Of a stretch of 64,000 nucleotides of DNA, positions 52,601 through 64,000 are shown piece after piece. The stretch is from assembly GCA_963924565.1 (NCBI GenBank), contig OZ004615.1:16988001-17052000 (forward strand), given 5' to 3'. The position numbers and the translations under genes were made by a program. Each line of letters opens with the position of its first letter. Position 1 is the first letter of the stretch. The notes below the pieces were generated by a model. It saw only the letters and a program-made list of their open reading frames with translations. It was not told where the DNA came from and searched no databases. The stretch comes from Ascidiella aspersa (lineage: Eukaryota).

Positions 52601-55052
52601 GGCGCATTAAACACTGTTCGAATCGTCGGCTGACAGATAATATAACTCCTGGTGGTCGCATAAAACTTTGACCGCAGCTCGGTTTGGCTTGTTTTGTTCT
52701 CACACGAAATGCATGGCGACGTTGTAAGCGCTATAAAGAAAGTCCTACGGTATTTAGCGAACCACATTTAAAGTGACTTCTTGTTTATTTTTAATAGAAA
52801 CACACTAACTAAGAAACTTTTGAAACGGTCTACTAACAAGACTTTTTTTATAATTTGGATAGTGAACGCTTATATTACGCATGTTTAGCGTGCACACACC
52901 CGTGACGCCGAAAAATCTATTTAACCTTTTACAAAATCACAACATTGTAGCTAAGTAAAAATTAAAAAAAAATAAACAACATGGACCAATAGATGAAAAC
53001 ACGGCCACCGATATACTTCAAAGTAATATAGGCCTACCTTTTTACAGCAAATTGGACCTATCGCTCAATCAATAATTTGTATTTTGTATAGGGCCTATAA
53101 CTAGGTGAAATGTGGAACCCTTAACGTTGCATTTAAAATTAGGATCGTCAACTATAAGCTTAAATTTTCGTTCAATGGATAAAAATATTTTAAGGTTGCA
53201 ATACATCAAAAATAAAAACTTTACAAGTTTGCCAATTATTTGTGGGCAGTCCGTCAGTCAACGGCAGCACCCACTTAAGCTAACAAAATTCCACATTTCG
53301 ACATGCATTGACGGAATTTTAACATACAAAACGTGATATATCATTCGCCTTGCACGTAAGTAAAATCAATCCACATCTTCCTCTTAAAAGTGGCTTGTTT
53401 AAGGCCGGTTGGGCCACGGCGAAGCGTTAACCAGGCGCAAGAAACTGCTTTTGAGGCTTTACTCTCACGCAACGGGTCTTATCAGTCAGCTCACGGGGTT
53501 AGGGTTACAAAACTTATGGGATATTAGGCACACTCGCAGCAAGTGATAACGCACCCTTTAAACCTATCAAATCAACGACCGCAGTATTGTGATGTACTGC
53601 TCTTCGAACGTGTAGAAATCGCGCCACCAAACATGTTCAAGTGAAAAACAAATATGTTTTCCAAAATTATAACTTTGTGAGCATTTTCCTTAAACCAAAC
53701 TCTAAAATGATGTTTTGGTAATCATGCATTTTTCAATAACATTCGTTTGATAACAAGTTGGCACAGGAAAAAACGCAGAAATATTAGGTAGGCCTACATG
53801 TTTTGGTGATATTTACTTTGGTCGATAACCAAAGTTGCCCAAGCGGCGTTTTGGCTTATTTCCACGCTTTGACAACCACCGACGGACCCAGACAAAAACA
53901 TGCGTTGAACAACGCGGGTCAGTAACTTTGACCCGAGACTGCTACCAGTCGCAGTAATTATCTTGTTGTCTACGACCCACTGTCAAGTGGGAAAGTTTCA
54001 GTATTTGCCCAAAAGATTAAAATGGTGCCGTAAAACTGGTCCAAGTGTTTGTTTCACGCCACTTAAATTACTAAGAATGATTTGAACTATCTGCTTACTG
54101 TTGAAAGTTATTCAAAACATAACGTATGAAAATACTTTGAGCTGAAGGAAAAAAATTAGGGTTGGTCTGCGTTCCTACGTTAAAAATCCTCGTTTTCAAA
54201 TTCACTTGAAAATGGAAGTGGATTATATATCACGCCCATCATCTGCGAGTTGAAAATCGGTCACAATTTGCGCGAGCGTGTCAGCCTCCTAACGAGAGGT
54301 GGATATTTTATCGGCTGAAATTTCGGCTCGATTTTCGTCGCAGGTTACGCTCGCCAAAAATTCCATTTAACTTGATCTAGATTAGAAAAGCGAACGGCCC
54401 TTCTGTCGTTCGGTGTCGGGTTACCTTATAATGAGCCACGCGCGCGAAAAAAACATTTGCCATTCCAACAGAATTTCTATCTCTGTGATAGACAGAAACT
54501 GGCACGTTTTCTTTATTGCTATATTGTTGGGTGTCTTTTTTGCTCGGTTAAGTGAAAATGGCAAATCTGTAAGGTAGAACAACCACTTGTTCAAATGTAA
54601 TACATTCAGATTGTGTTTTTAGTTGACATCTAAAAACAGCAAGCGATTAAACTAGAGTCTGTGGGCGATCTGCGGCAAAACGACGCTGTAGGTAGAAAGT
54701 ATTATGGGTTTGTTTGTTTCCGTTTTGCTGCAAAATCCAATACATCTGTTGCATTAAAAACCGAAATCCTGTGTCTAGACGGCATACAAGAGCATGGCGA
54801 TTACACTCACTAGTTGCATAAAATAACCTGTGTAAGGTTTACACGCGAGTTTATGGAAGCTGCAATAAAATCACAAATTTTATTTTCAAGAAATATAGTC
54901 AGCTCTTATGAGATGCCGTCTTCCGAGAATTATAATGGTGTTCAACTTACAGTAGGCTTACACATATCTGTATTATACCTTGCTGTGATATTACGCCTTT
55001 TTGTGCTTCACGGCAATATCTTTTGCGTATAAGTTTGATATAGAAAATTTAT

Positions 55053-55629
55053 CAGTTATTCATAAACTGTGTGCCTCGAGAGATTCACAGGTGTGTCGCG
55101 AAACATTTTGTAATTTTGGAAAATAACCGATTCTTTTCACGAAAGGCATGTGGACAAGCACACGGGACATAAAAACTATTCTCTATACCAGTGTTTCTTA
55201 ATCAGGTGAATAGTTCACCCAAGGGTGAATTACATTTTCGCAGGGGTGAACTAACCAAAAGGGGGGAATAGGAGTGAACTGTCAGAAATGGATCATAGCT
55301 TGCGAGCATAGAGCGGATTTTCTGCGTTTTTTGTGCTTTCGTAGCTTAAAAAGTCGAAACAACTTAAGCCTTTTTGTATAGATGAGATTTTCTAATATCA
55401 TGAGACAAGGGTGAATGAAATCTGGAGATAGACGCTAGGGGTGAACAAAACTAAAATAGTTTAGGTAGCACTGCTCTATACAACTGATAATTAGTATTAC
55501 TATATTAGGCTAGTTGCCAAAACAATGTCGTGCAATAAAGATGATTGAAATTATAGCTTTGTAAAAAGTGGGCCGCGAATTTGTTTTCAATATTTTTAGT
55601 ATACCACGAAAACGTTTAAGCACAACCAG
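55053..55629. mobile_element. older hAT-type MITE hosting the 55189-55473 insertion
   Basis: Left end cagttattcataaactgtgtgcc resembles 14832 (cagtagttcctaaactatgtgcc); the right end near 55570-55629 is degenerate. Confidence 0.5.
55189..55473. mobile_element. hAT-type MITE nested in an older MITE
   Basis: Ends CAGTGTTTCTTAA / TTTAGGTAGCACTG, internal GGGTGAA repeats, perfect TSD CTCTATAC. Confidence 0.85.
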
Positions 55630-58600
55630 TATAGATAGAAACAGCTGCAAAATTAAAGGTATTTGTATAACACGCTATAGTTGAAAATGTTCTTGTATAC
55701 CGTATAGTCGCTAGTTTGTGTGGTTCGGAATCACAAACATACCTGTTTTAAATTACGGTTCTAAGCAGGCATCTTATTAAACACGGAAATCAAAATAAAG
55801 CGATGGTTTCATAATTTCGGGCACTTTAACGCTTAAACCCTTGTTGACATTCACGGCACTCACTTGCTCGATCGCACAAGTTTGCGTGCCTAGCATATTC
55901 AGCCCTTCTGTGGCGAAGTCTATTTTAAGCCTGCCAACATAATATCGCAGCTTAAGCAAAGAACCTTAAGCAGCATAGGCGTTAAAGCTGATCATACGTG
56001 AGCTGAAAATACACGGTGCTGCACATAAAGGATGGGGTGAGACCTTCGTCAAAACCTAATAGTAATTGCAAGAAGTATTTTTTTAAAGGCGTGTGGTTGA
56101 ATGTCTTTTTAAATGTGTTTACTATTTATCACATAGTAGGCAATTTTAAAGCTGACGATTGGAAACTTTGCCTATAGGGTGGGTCGCAAGATTGGCAATA
56201 AAGCTTGGAGACCAATTTACGTTTTTTTCAAATTCCAACAATTTCCGTGCGTCGATTCAAGAAAGCAATTTTCACATTATTAGACGTGTTGGATGAAGAA
56301 GAGGGCTTATTTCGAGTAAGTACTTGGGAGGAATGTCGGTCAAAATCAGCGCACCTGTCTCCGCAGTTTTTGATAGGGAAATAAACACATAAACATTTAG
56401 GCTTTTCGTGAATTATATACTACACATAAAGAACCAATATTGTAGTAAACGTTTTACTTTGTTACAAAACAGCATGGAAAGTGGGCAACTTTACTGTATT
56501 GTGGTGATTTTTGGTCAGTATGTAATCGCAAATCAAGTATTCTTGTTATTAAGGACACTTTGATTTTTATTACGATTTCAAACCCGAAATTTTGGGCGCA
56601 AAATACGACCGTCCTTTTCGATACCAAATGACACAAAAAAATTGAAGAAAGTAAAACGTAAAAATCTAATGTTTTAGGTAGCTCAGTCAAAAATTACTTC
56701 AACTTTGAAAATTGAGTTCCTTTCGACTGTTAATTCGTTTTTGTCTAAATAAATTACTATTTAAAATATAGAAAATTACGGTGGGTCGCAAACCGTGTCT
56801 GAAATGAACAGATAATTTGTATCGAGCAGGCACAGAAACACTCTGTAGTGTTGGACGAGTACTTCTACTGCCACTTTGGGTTTCAGCTGCGATCTAAAAT
56901 TAATTATTATCGGACATCATTTAAGTCAAACATGTCATAACTCATATGCGGTTTCAACAAATTGTAATGTTTTAGCGATGTTTCTTCACTAATTTAATAA
57001 TGATAAAAAACATTAGGGCGTCCACAACTATTTTGGCTTAGGTTTTGCGTCTAAACAACATTCCGCTAACATGATTGGGCCACGCCTTCTGCTAAACGTC
57101 ATCCTACGAGCGTTACGCACCGAGTTCACCTCACCCCACAGCTGTGTGGGGCTCACGCGATCTAACAAATATTCAAGCGAGTAACGGTAATCATAATTAA
57201 TTTTTGTGGGTGCTTGTGGTGTTGTTTCAGTCGTAAGATGCAGGCGTTTTCCAATCGCTCGGTCTAATTTTGATTGGATGTTTATTATACTTTAAATATT
57301 TTAATTTTTTGACTTGTGTTTTTCACGTTTACTGGACGCTTTGCGTTACTTTTGCAAGAGCTTACTGTGGAAAAGTGAGATACTATTGTGACTTGACAAT
57401 GGCATTCCTAATAAAGTTAAAACATCCATAGAATACTGTTCTATACTTTGCGGTTTTGTGATACCTTACTCGTTATAACTTATATCGTAAGCGACGTCGA
57501 ACGCTATAACAAAAACCAACCCAATTTACAAGAAAGTGCTTCTCCTGCAACTGCAACTATACATCACCGATGTTACCTGATCTCGCAACAACAAATTAAA
57601 GTACAGGTCTGGCGAAAAACAAAGTTGCCGCTTGCTCTTTTCGGCCCTGACCAAGTTAGGCAAAGAGTCCTGCTTTATTGTTTGTTGTTGTCTAACACCC
57701 CAGCCCACTGTATTCTACCGTAATCTGCATTTTTACGTAGAACGAAGGAACACGAATTAGCGTCGATCAATCCCCGATAAGTTTCCGCGCCACAAACACT
57801 ATTTCTTTATGGACGACAACAGGTCTTGAGATACCAAGGGGCTAAACGAGGTCAACAATCATACCGACCTTGATTTTCCGCAAAGTGCTGGTAAAATTGA
57901 TTTAATTGATCTAAGTGCTGGTAAAATTTGAGTTACATTTCTCATAAGGTTCAGCAGTGAGTGTTGCCTGGTATTAGGATAATATAGGTCTGATGGATGG
58001 TTTTTTTAGCCCTCTTCACTTTCTAAAGATGGCAAGCTCTTGTGTGCCTGTTTGAATAGTTTGTGTACAGACGCAAAGCTATATACATTGTACATGCAAG
58101 TGGTGGGTACTCACGTGGCGATTGGCATCGCAATTTCGATGCACACCGCGATTAGATTCCAAAGGGTTTTCGCGAACTCATATCGCTCGGTTATTAGACA
58201 TCGCTTATTGACAAGGCTGATTTCTGGCATAAACGGTGTTGGCGTTTTTCTTAACCCGGTTTTGTCAAATGTTCGATTGACTTAAAATTGAACAGCAACA
58301 GGTGCATTGCAAAAACATTTACATTTATAAAGTTGTTTAACATAAACAGGGTTTTAATCATTTTTGAGAAATATAAGTTTACAAAACTACGTTTTTTATC
58401 CTTATCTGCGTTCAGCTTGCCACATGTTTTTTCAGGGAATTCGTTTTTAAATCAATCCGAAAAATAGATGTGTCTACAACAGGTATGCAAATGATGATTA
58501 AGGCGCTCGTCCACACTCGCTCACGTAAGATGACAACGAAGTCACGTACTCTCGTGGCTATTTCGCACGAGACTGCGTTGGCAAAAAAACTTCAGCTCGC

Positions 58601-58682
58601 GAGTTAAAGGACGTTAATGGGCGGTTAATCGCAACCTGTCCGCCAGAACCTTTTGCAACAAACGATCGTCTTTGGCGACCAT

Positions 58683-58764
58683 ATCAATCACTCGTGACGT
58701 CGCCATCAGTCACTCTTGACGTCACTATCAATTACACGTGACGTCACTATAAATCACTGCGTCA
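58683..58764. repeat. 22-bp tandem repeat (3 units + partial), each with a TGACGTC core
   Basis: atcaatcactcgtgacgtcgcc / atcagtcactcttgacgtcact / atcaattacacgtgacgtcact / ataaatcactgcgtca. Confidence 0.85.
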
Positions 58765-58792
58765 GCTAACCCTCATGTAAACCTGCACTCAC

Positions 58793-58879
58793 GTGAGTAG
58801 TCTTGGTCGTTCCTGGGCTCAACTTCTGCCTCTGTGACTGTAGGACGAGGTTGGATGCATGGAGGCGGAGTTGTGAAAA
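58793..58879 (-). CDS. probable upstream linker exon of the olfactomedin gene
   Basis: tatattttcag acceptor and GTGAGT donor; 87 nt, phase 1-1, compatible with the phase-1 acceptor at 49689. Encodes the Pro/Thr-rich linker FTTPPPCIQPRPTVTEAEVEPRNDQDYS, then Q-CGRIV. Implies an intron of about 9.1 kb. Confidence 0.6.
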
Positions 58880-61800
58880 CTGAAAATATATCAAATAGGT
58901 GTTTTTGGTGAGCCTTGAATTATTTTAATTGCAAAGTAATACGTGAATGACTTGCCGTAAAGGAAATGATTAGTTGTTTGGTAAATGGATTTCAATTCAG
59001 CTTGAAAGCGCTTTATTATTTTACGTCAGAAACTTTTAGCAAAGTTGCCAAACTATGTTTTTTATATCCAACGTTGTAAACCAAGATTTTAAATATTGCA
59101 AATATTCGATATACAACAAAAACAATTAGGATGAACCGTAAAAACAATTCGTCTTATTTGTGTACAATACAGATAGTGTCTTGATTTGATATTTACACAT
59201 TTTGTGTATTTTCACTTTGTGTGCATAATGTATGCACGTAGCAGCTTAACAACTCTACCGTCGTCGTCACTACGGTAAATCCAACGCAATCATTGCTACA
59301 TTATCTTTGTGGGTGTTTGCGTTCCCATTAAACAGAATCCGACATATGCCGCTTATCCGGATTCTTTCACCGTTTTAAATTTAAGCACTGCCCCCTTTAA
59401 ATGCTGTCGCGAAAACACGAAGTAAAACAAATAGACCGTAAAAGCTGTCGCTTCACCTATTTTTTGAGTAGTCATCGCAACCGTATAGGGCCAGTCAATT
59501 AAGGGTGTTTATTAGCGAACACATAATGAAGTCGTTATTGATCTCGGTAACTGCTGAGATGATCGAGATAAGACATATAGGTCCGCTCAAGAGAGAATTT
59601 GTCAACTAAAGGTCAAACGCAACCGACAAAAAGCAGCTGAAAATATGTGCTTACGTGATGTAATCTTAATACCTTTTCAATTAGTTGCCTGAATGCTTTT
59701 TAGCATCTGTTTTCACTAATATTTATTCATGTTTCGGTTACAAAGTGCCATTTGGTGTCTTTTTCTAATCTAGAAAAATATTATGTTTTCACTTTTAGAA
59801 TGACGTTTCTGCATGATTACTTAGTAAGGTTGATATGAGCATGTTATAGGTCGTTATTCGCTGCAGGTGGCAACATTCTAAGGATATTACCACTTTCAGA
59901 AGTCAATGACGTACGTATGACCACACTTTGTTGACCTTGTATAAAAACTTAATGTTTGTCGTTGAAATACGTGCTTTGTGTAATTTCGTTCGTTTTCAGT
60001 AAATTGTTTGTCAAGGGTTTTACGATAGGAGTTACGTAATTGTTTAAACAAAACTAACTTTAATTTTGGCTATTAAAATGATGTTATTCTTAATGGACAG
60101 AGAAAATATAAGAAAACGTTAGATAAAGGACATTCGTACAGTGTAACTATATTAAAATATCTGAGGCATAACTTTGGTGTGTATCCTTTGATAGGTGTAA
60201 ATATTTTAATAAAAAAAGTTTATAGTTCTGATTGTTTTTTATTTGGTTGCTGCACCATTTGTTTTACCGGTATAAGCATAATTATATTTTTCACATATTT
60301 ATCGAACAAAATTCTGATTCAAGGTATATTGCTCCTTAAATTCTTGCATTTGAATCTTATTACAGGAAATTGCCCCATCAACTGCGTCAACTTATTCATT
60401 AGCAATATTACATTCAGCTAAGGAGTAATTGGTTTTTGTCATTTGTTGAGCGCATGATCACGCAACAGAGTGTTAGGATTAACCTGAACTGTTTAAGGCA
60501 AAACAAAAAATGCCACTTAGCAGTTTGTGCTTGGGATTGCTAGCTAGAGGATAAACCATTTAACCTTTTTAACTTATCCTCCCTTCCAAAACACATATAT
60601 GGAATAAGTGTTACCTGTTTATTTTAAAACATTTCAATATGTACAGTTTTTATATTTTGACGACGTTTTTTTTCATAGAGCATTCGCAAAATCGGAAAAT
60701 CAAACCTCAAAAAATGAAAATGGCATTGTTCGGTGAGGGGTCAATAGCAAACTTTCGGCGTTTGCACTCAATTGCAGCCTCACCCTTGACGTAAACCAGT
60801 GAAAGTAAGGTTTCGGCTGAGTGATCACAAGGTTTCACGCCCCACTGCGCCCGCTTTAATCCCGCCGACCAGCCGCTAAGCTCACTTTCGTGCAGAAACA
60901 ATTCCGACGCCGAAATTTCACAACTATGCCGAAAATGTCTCTTTCAAATCCTAAAGCCCGGTGGATAAACCGAGATCAGCGAAAATTTAGCTTGCGTTGC
61001 CCTTGAAAGCTGGGGCGCTTACTTGACTTTGCGATATTGCCAAACTCTATATTGAAATAATTGTCTAATCTAAACTGTCGTTTGTTAATTTAAATCAAAC
61101 TGCATTTAGAAGGAAGATTTGTTTTGCTACTCTTTTAAAACTTATTATATGGCGGATGGTAAAACTGTAAGGACAACAGACCGAAAATTGTCGTTTTAAA
61201 TAGTATTGTTAATATATCCATACAAAAAGTGTTTTAGAAAAAAGCAGCGACATTTTACAATAGAAATACTTTTAAGGCTTTACTAAAGTAAGTTAGCGTC
61301 ATTTAATGACTTTATCCTAGCGGGCTCTAATATTGTATCAACTCCTGGCCTAAACGTTTGTGGGGCAACCCCAGACAACACGACAATGTTTGCTTTGAGC
61401 CTGTCTGATTACGACGCGGTGCTCTATTGCTGTAGCTTACATTGTAGTTTACAGTACATATCCAATCTTGTTGCCGTAATTTTGATTGTCCGCCAACTTT
61501 TCAATAAAAGCGACGGTGGGCCGGTAGACCGTCAGCTCTTTTGTACTTGTGCGACTCTGTTCGGATGTATACTCGAGATAAGATGCGTCAATTTATATCT
61601 CTTAAACCACGACGCCATCGCGAAGCAATAAGGGGTCTCATCAAAAAAACGATATGGTGGGGTACTACATACCCTACCCTCTGTGCGGCCTGAAAAGAAG
61701 CATTCAGCGTCGTAGGGGACCAAACGGCACTCCCCACTTTTTTCCTTGCAAAGTCCCTCAAAAGTTGATCCCCACAAAACTAGGATCGTCTGGGCCCCTG

Positions 61801-64000
61801 TCTTTCGCACGTCATGTTTACACGGCGCCCGTCGCGCAAAGATAACTCGGTGGCCGGACAAAGAAGGTGATAATCTGGCTACTTGAGTTCGATTTATTCG
61901 ATGTAAGCCGGCGCACCATAGCGGCACGACGTCCACACCATTGGCACTATACGCGGCACACTTTCAATGTTTGTTGAAAAAAAAACCCTGAGGTCCCCGA
62001 TATTGCCTTGAATCAATAGCGGGGCCAGCCGGGAAGGCGCCTGCAGTCGTTTCGCCGTCTTCGTTGAGCGTCAACTCGCACGCAACATCCTGCACCCCCC
62101 GCTGGGCCGAAAAAAATAAATTAAATTCGCAAAGATCGCCACAAAACCGCGATAGGTCACGAGAAGTCCCGACGAATTTGACGCCGATTTTTCTCGCGTT
62201 TTTATGCTGGATATTAATCAGTTCCCGGGTGGCGTAATCGCGAATAACGAGCTCGCCCCCGCCCGAGTTTTACACCACCCCCGCGAAGTTATTTGTCATA
62301 CTTGAACATTCAACCGCAATACAAGAATCACTTTTACTAACCGCAGTCTATATACATCGCACATTAATCCCTTTCAATTTGACACAAGAGCTTTACGCAG
62401 CAATAAACGTGTTTGATCGACTTCCTCGGAGATGTGGATATAATATCTTTCATTGTAGTTCAAATTTTATGCAATAATTTACAGCAAGGATATTGATTTC
62501 AATTTCACAGAACTTGTTGAAGCAATTGGATACGACAGTAATATTTAATCCTCCATCTTCTATATTCAACTCGCATTTTACTACTTTCTCCCCAGCTGCT
62601 TTTTATTTTCCACACAAATCACCAGGCAGTGGCACAATACTTACCGGGTGAACATATTATTTGGCGTTTAGGACGATTCCTAAAATTCGCTATGGTTTTT
62701 GCTTTTTAGTGCCTTGTAATTTTGCCGCAAACTGTTGCACCACGATTTATGACCTTTTTAAACTGTGATCTTTAAGTGCGTTTTGGGATGTAATGGTGAA
62801 GTTTGATGGCGATTTTTTTACATCGCGCAGGACCATCATACAGGTTTGCTTTGATATTATGGCTTCGTGTCAGTTATGAAACTAGTTTAATGTACCCCCT
62901 GTAAGTTATTATGCTCTACAACAAAAGCAACCATTTCGCAACGTTTAAGTGGTAAATTTTATTTGTATTAACATACCAAGTGCTCGTTCATAACCTATAA
63001 TCCAACCTTCGTAATCGAAACACTGTATATAGAAGGCGCGTGCGATAACCCTGGGAAGATCGCTTTACCACGCATCGAGCCGTTCAAAATCCGACATTTA
63101 TGGCGAGAATATCTCCACTGTATTCGGTTTGTTGTTAACGCCTATTTGTCTTGAATAGCAGCTCGTCGAAGTGTTGACGTTGTCGTCGGTTAAATTTCGC
63201 GTGAGCACGCACATCTTTTCGTTGCGACATTGGCACGGACCCAGTTCGGCTAATTACACGTCGCAGCGTACAACAAGCGAAGACATGCACGGCCCTATAG
63301 GCGCTTCAGAGTGACCCCGGGAGTGACATAGAGAGAGCGGTCCGGGCGATAATGGCTTGGCAAATACACGTTACGTGCACCTTCAGCCATCGAGCAGCGA
63401 TTCCCGCTGTTTGCGCGCATGAGAACGGAAGGACTGATAAGTAGTAAATCCACACCGCGCGTCGCGAAAAGCGTCCCTTGCAGCTCATTTTGCGGGCGTC
63501 GCCGCGTTACGCAATCAATCCACTTCAGGTTTTCGTTTTTTGCCCTCGTTGCAATGGAAGCCTTTTGGATGGCCGTTGAGTGCGGCGCCTGGAGGTTCAT
63601 TTGCAAACCAAAAAACGAAAGCCAGCGTGACGTGAGCTTGATCTAGTTCGGATCGAGGGCAGTCGGCATTGCAAGGCATCGGGCTTTGTTTGTCGTTTTT
63701 TTTATTACAATTTTTGGTTACCAAACCCACATTGTGCAAGCTAAAGTCTGAGATCTTTCGCGAAAACCCCGCAATTCAAAACACAAGTGGAACCGCTTAT
63801 GATATTGAACAAATCTGTATAAGACAGTTTGGTTATATTTTTATCGTTTGGTTATTTTTTTTATATCAATTGAACATGGCGCAACTTCGTTCACCGATGC
63901 TATAACACATTTCCGAACATTAAGCCAAAGTTATTGGCTAGAAAATCAACGGCAATGTAAAAAATACAGTTTCTTTACTTGTTACACTCTTGCAACAACA

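Noticed and set aside
62645-62679. 35-nt candidate exon on - (NRPKRQIICSP) with a GTAAGT donor
   Set aside because: Phase-compatible, but the acceptor is weak and there is no homology support; too short to call without transcripts.
1-64000. tRNA/rRNA/snRNA genes, hammerhead ribozymes (several CTGATGA hits), CRISPR arrays, autonomous transposons
   Set aside because: No cloverleaf, no correctly placed GAAA and stems, no repeat-spacer array and no transposase or RT ORF seen. A tRNAscan/Infernal run would be needed to exclude small RNAs fully.

Overview
AT-rich, intron-dense animal genomic DNA. It is probably from an invertebrate chordate such as an ascidian; this is inferred from vertebrate-like proteins, many short introns, mosaic CpG depletion and abundant TGACGT motifs. 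Three spliced genes could be rebuilt by hand with consistent exon phases. (1) The 3' part of a Crumbs gene on + (635-19121): EGF repeats, three laminin-G domains, then TWO complete alternative terminal exons, each encoding a TM helix, a FERM-binding motif and C-terminal ERLI. (2) A complete 16-coding-exon Niban/FAM129 gene on + (22042-40666, about 902 aa) with an N-myristoylation motif, a PH domain and an acidic tail carrying a KEAP1-type DxETGE motif. (3) A convergent olfactomedin-domain gene on - (46699-49689, with a probable linker exon at 58793-58879) that has myocilin-like motifs, a GC-AG intron and a very basic surface. Introns carry many hAT-type MITEs, some with 8-bp TSDs, plus local duplications. 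Most ORF-track entries are exon read-throughs or noise. The main candidate for novelty is the Crumbs tail switch. Tail A is 37 aa and keeps the FERM and PDZ determinants but lacks three of the four aPKC-target Ser/Thr. Tail B keeps all four.
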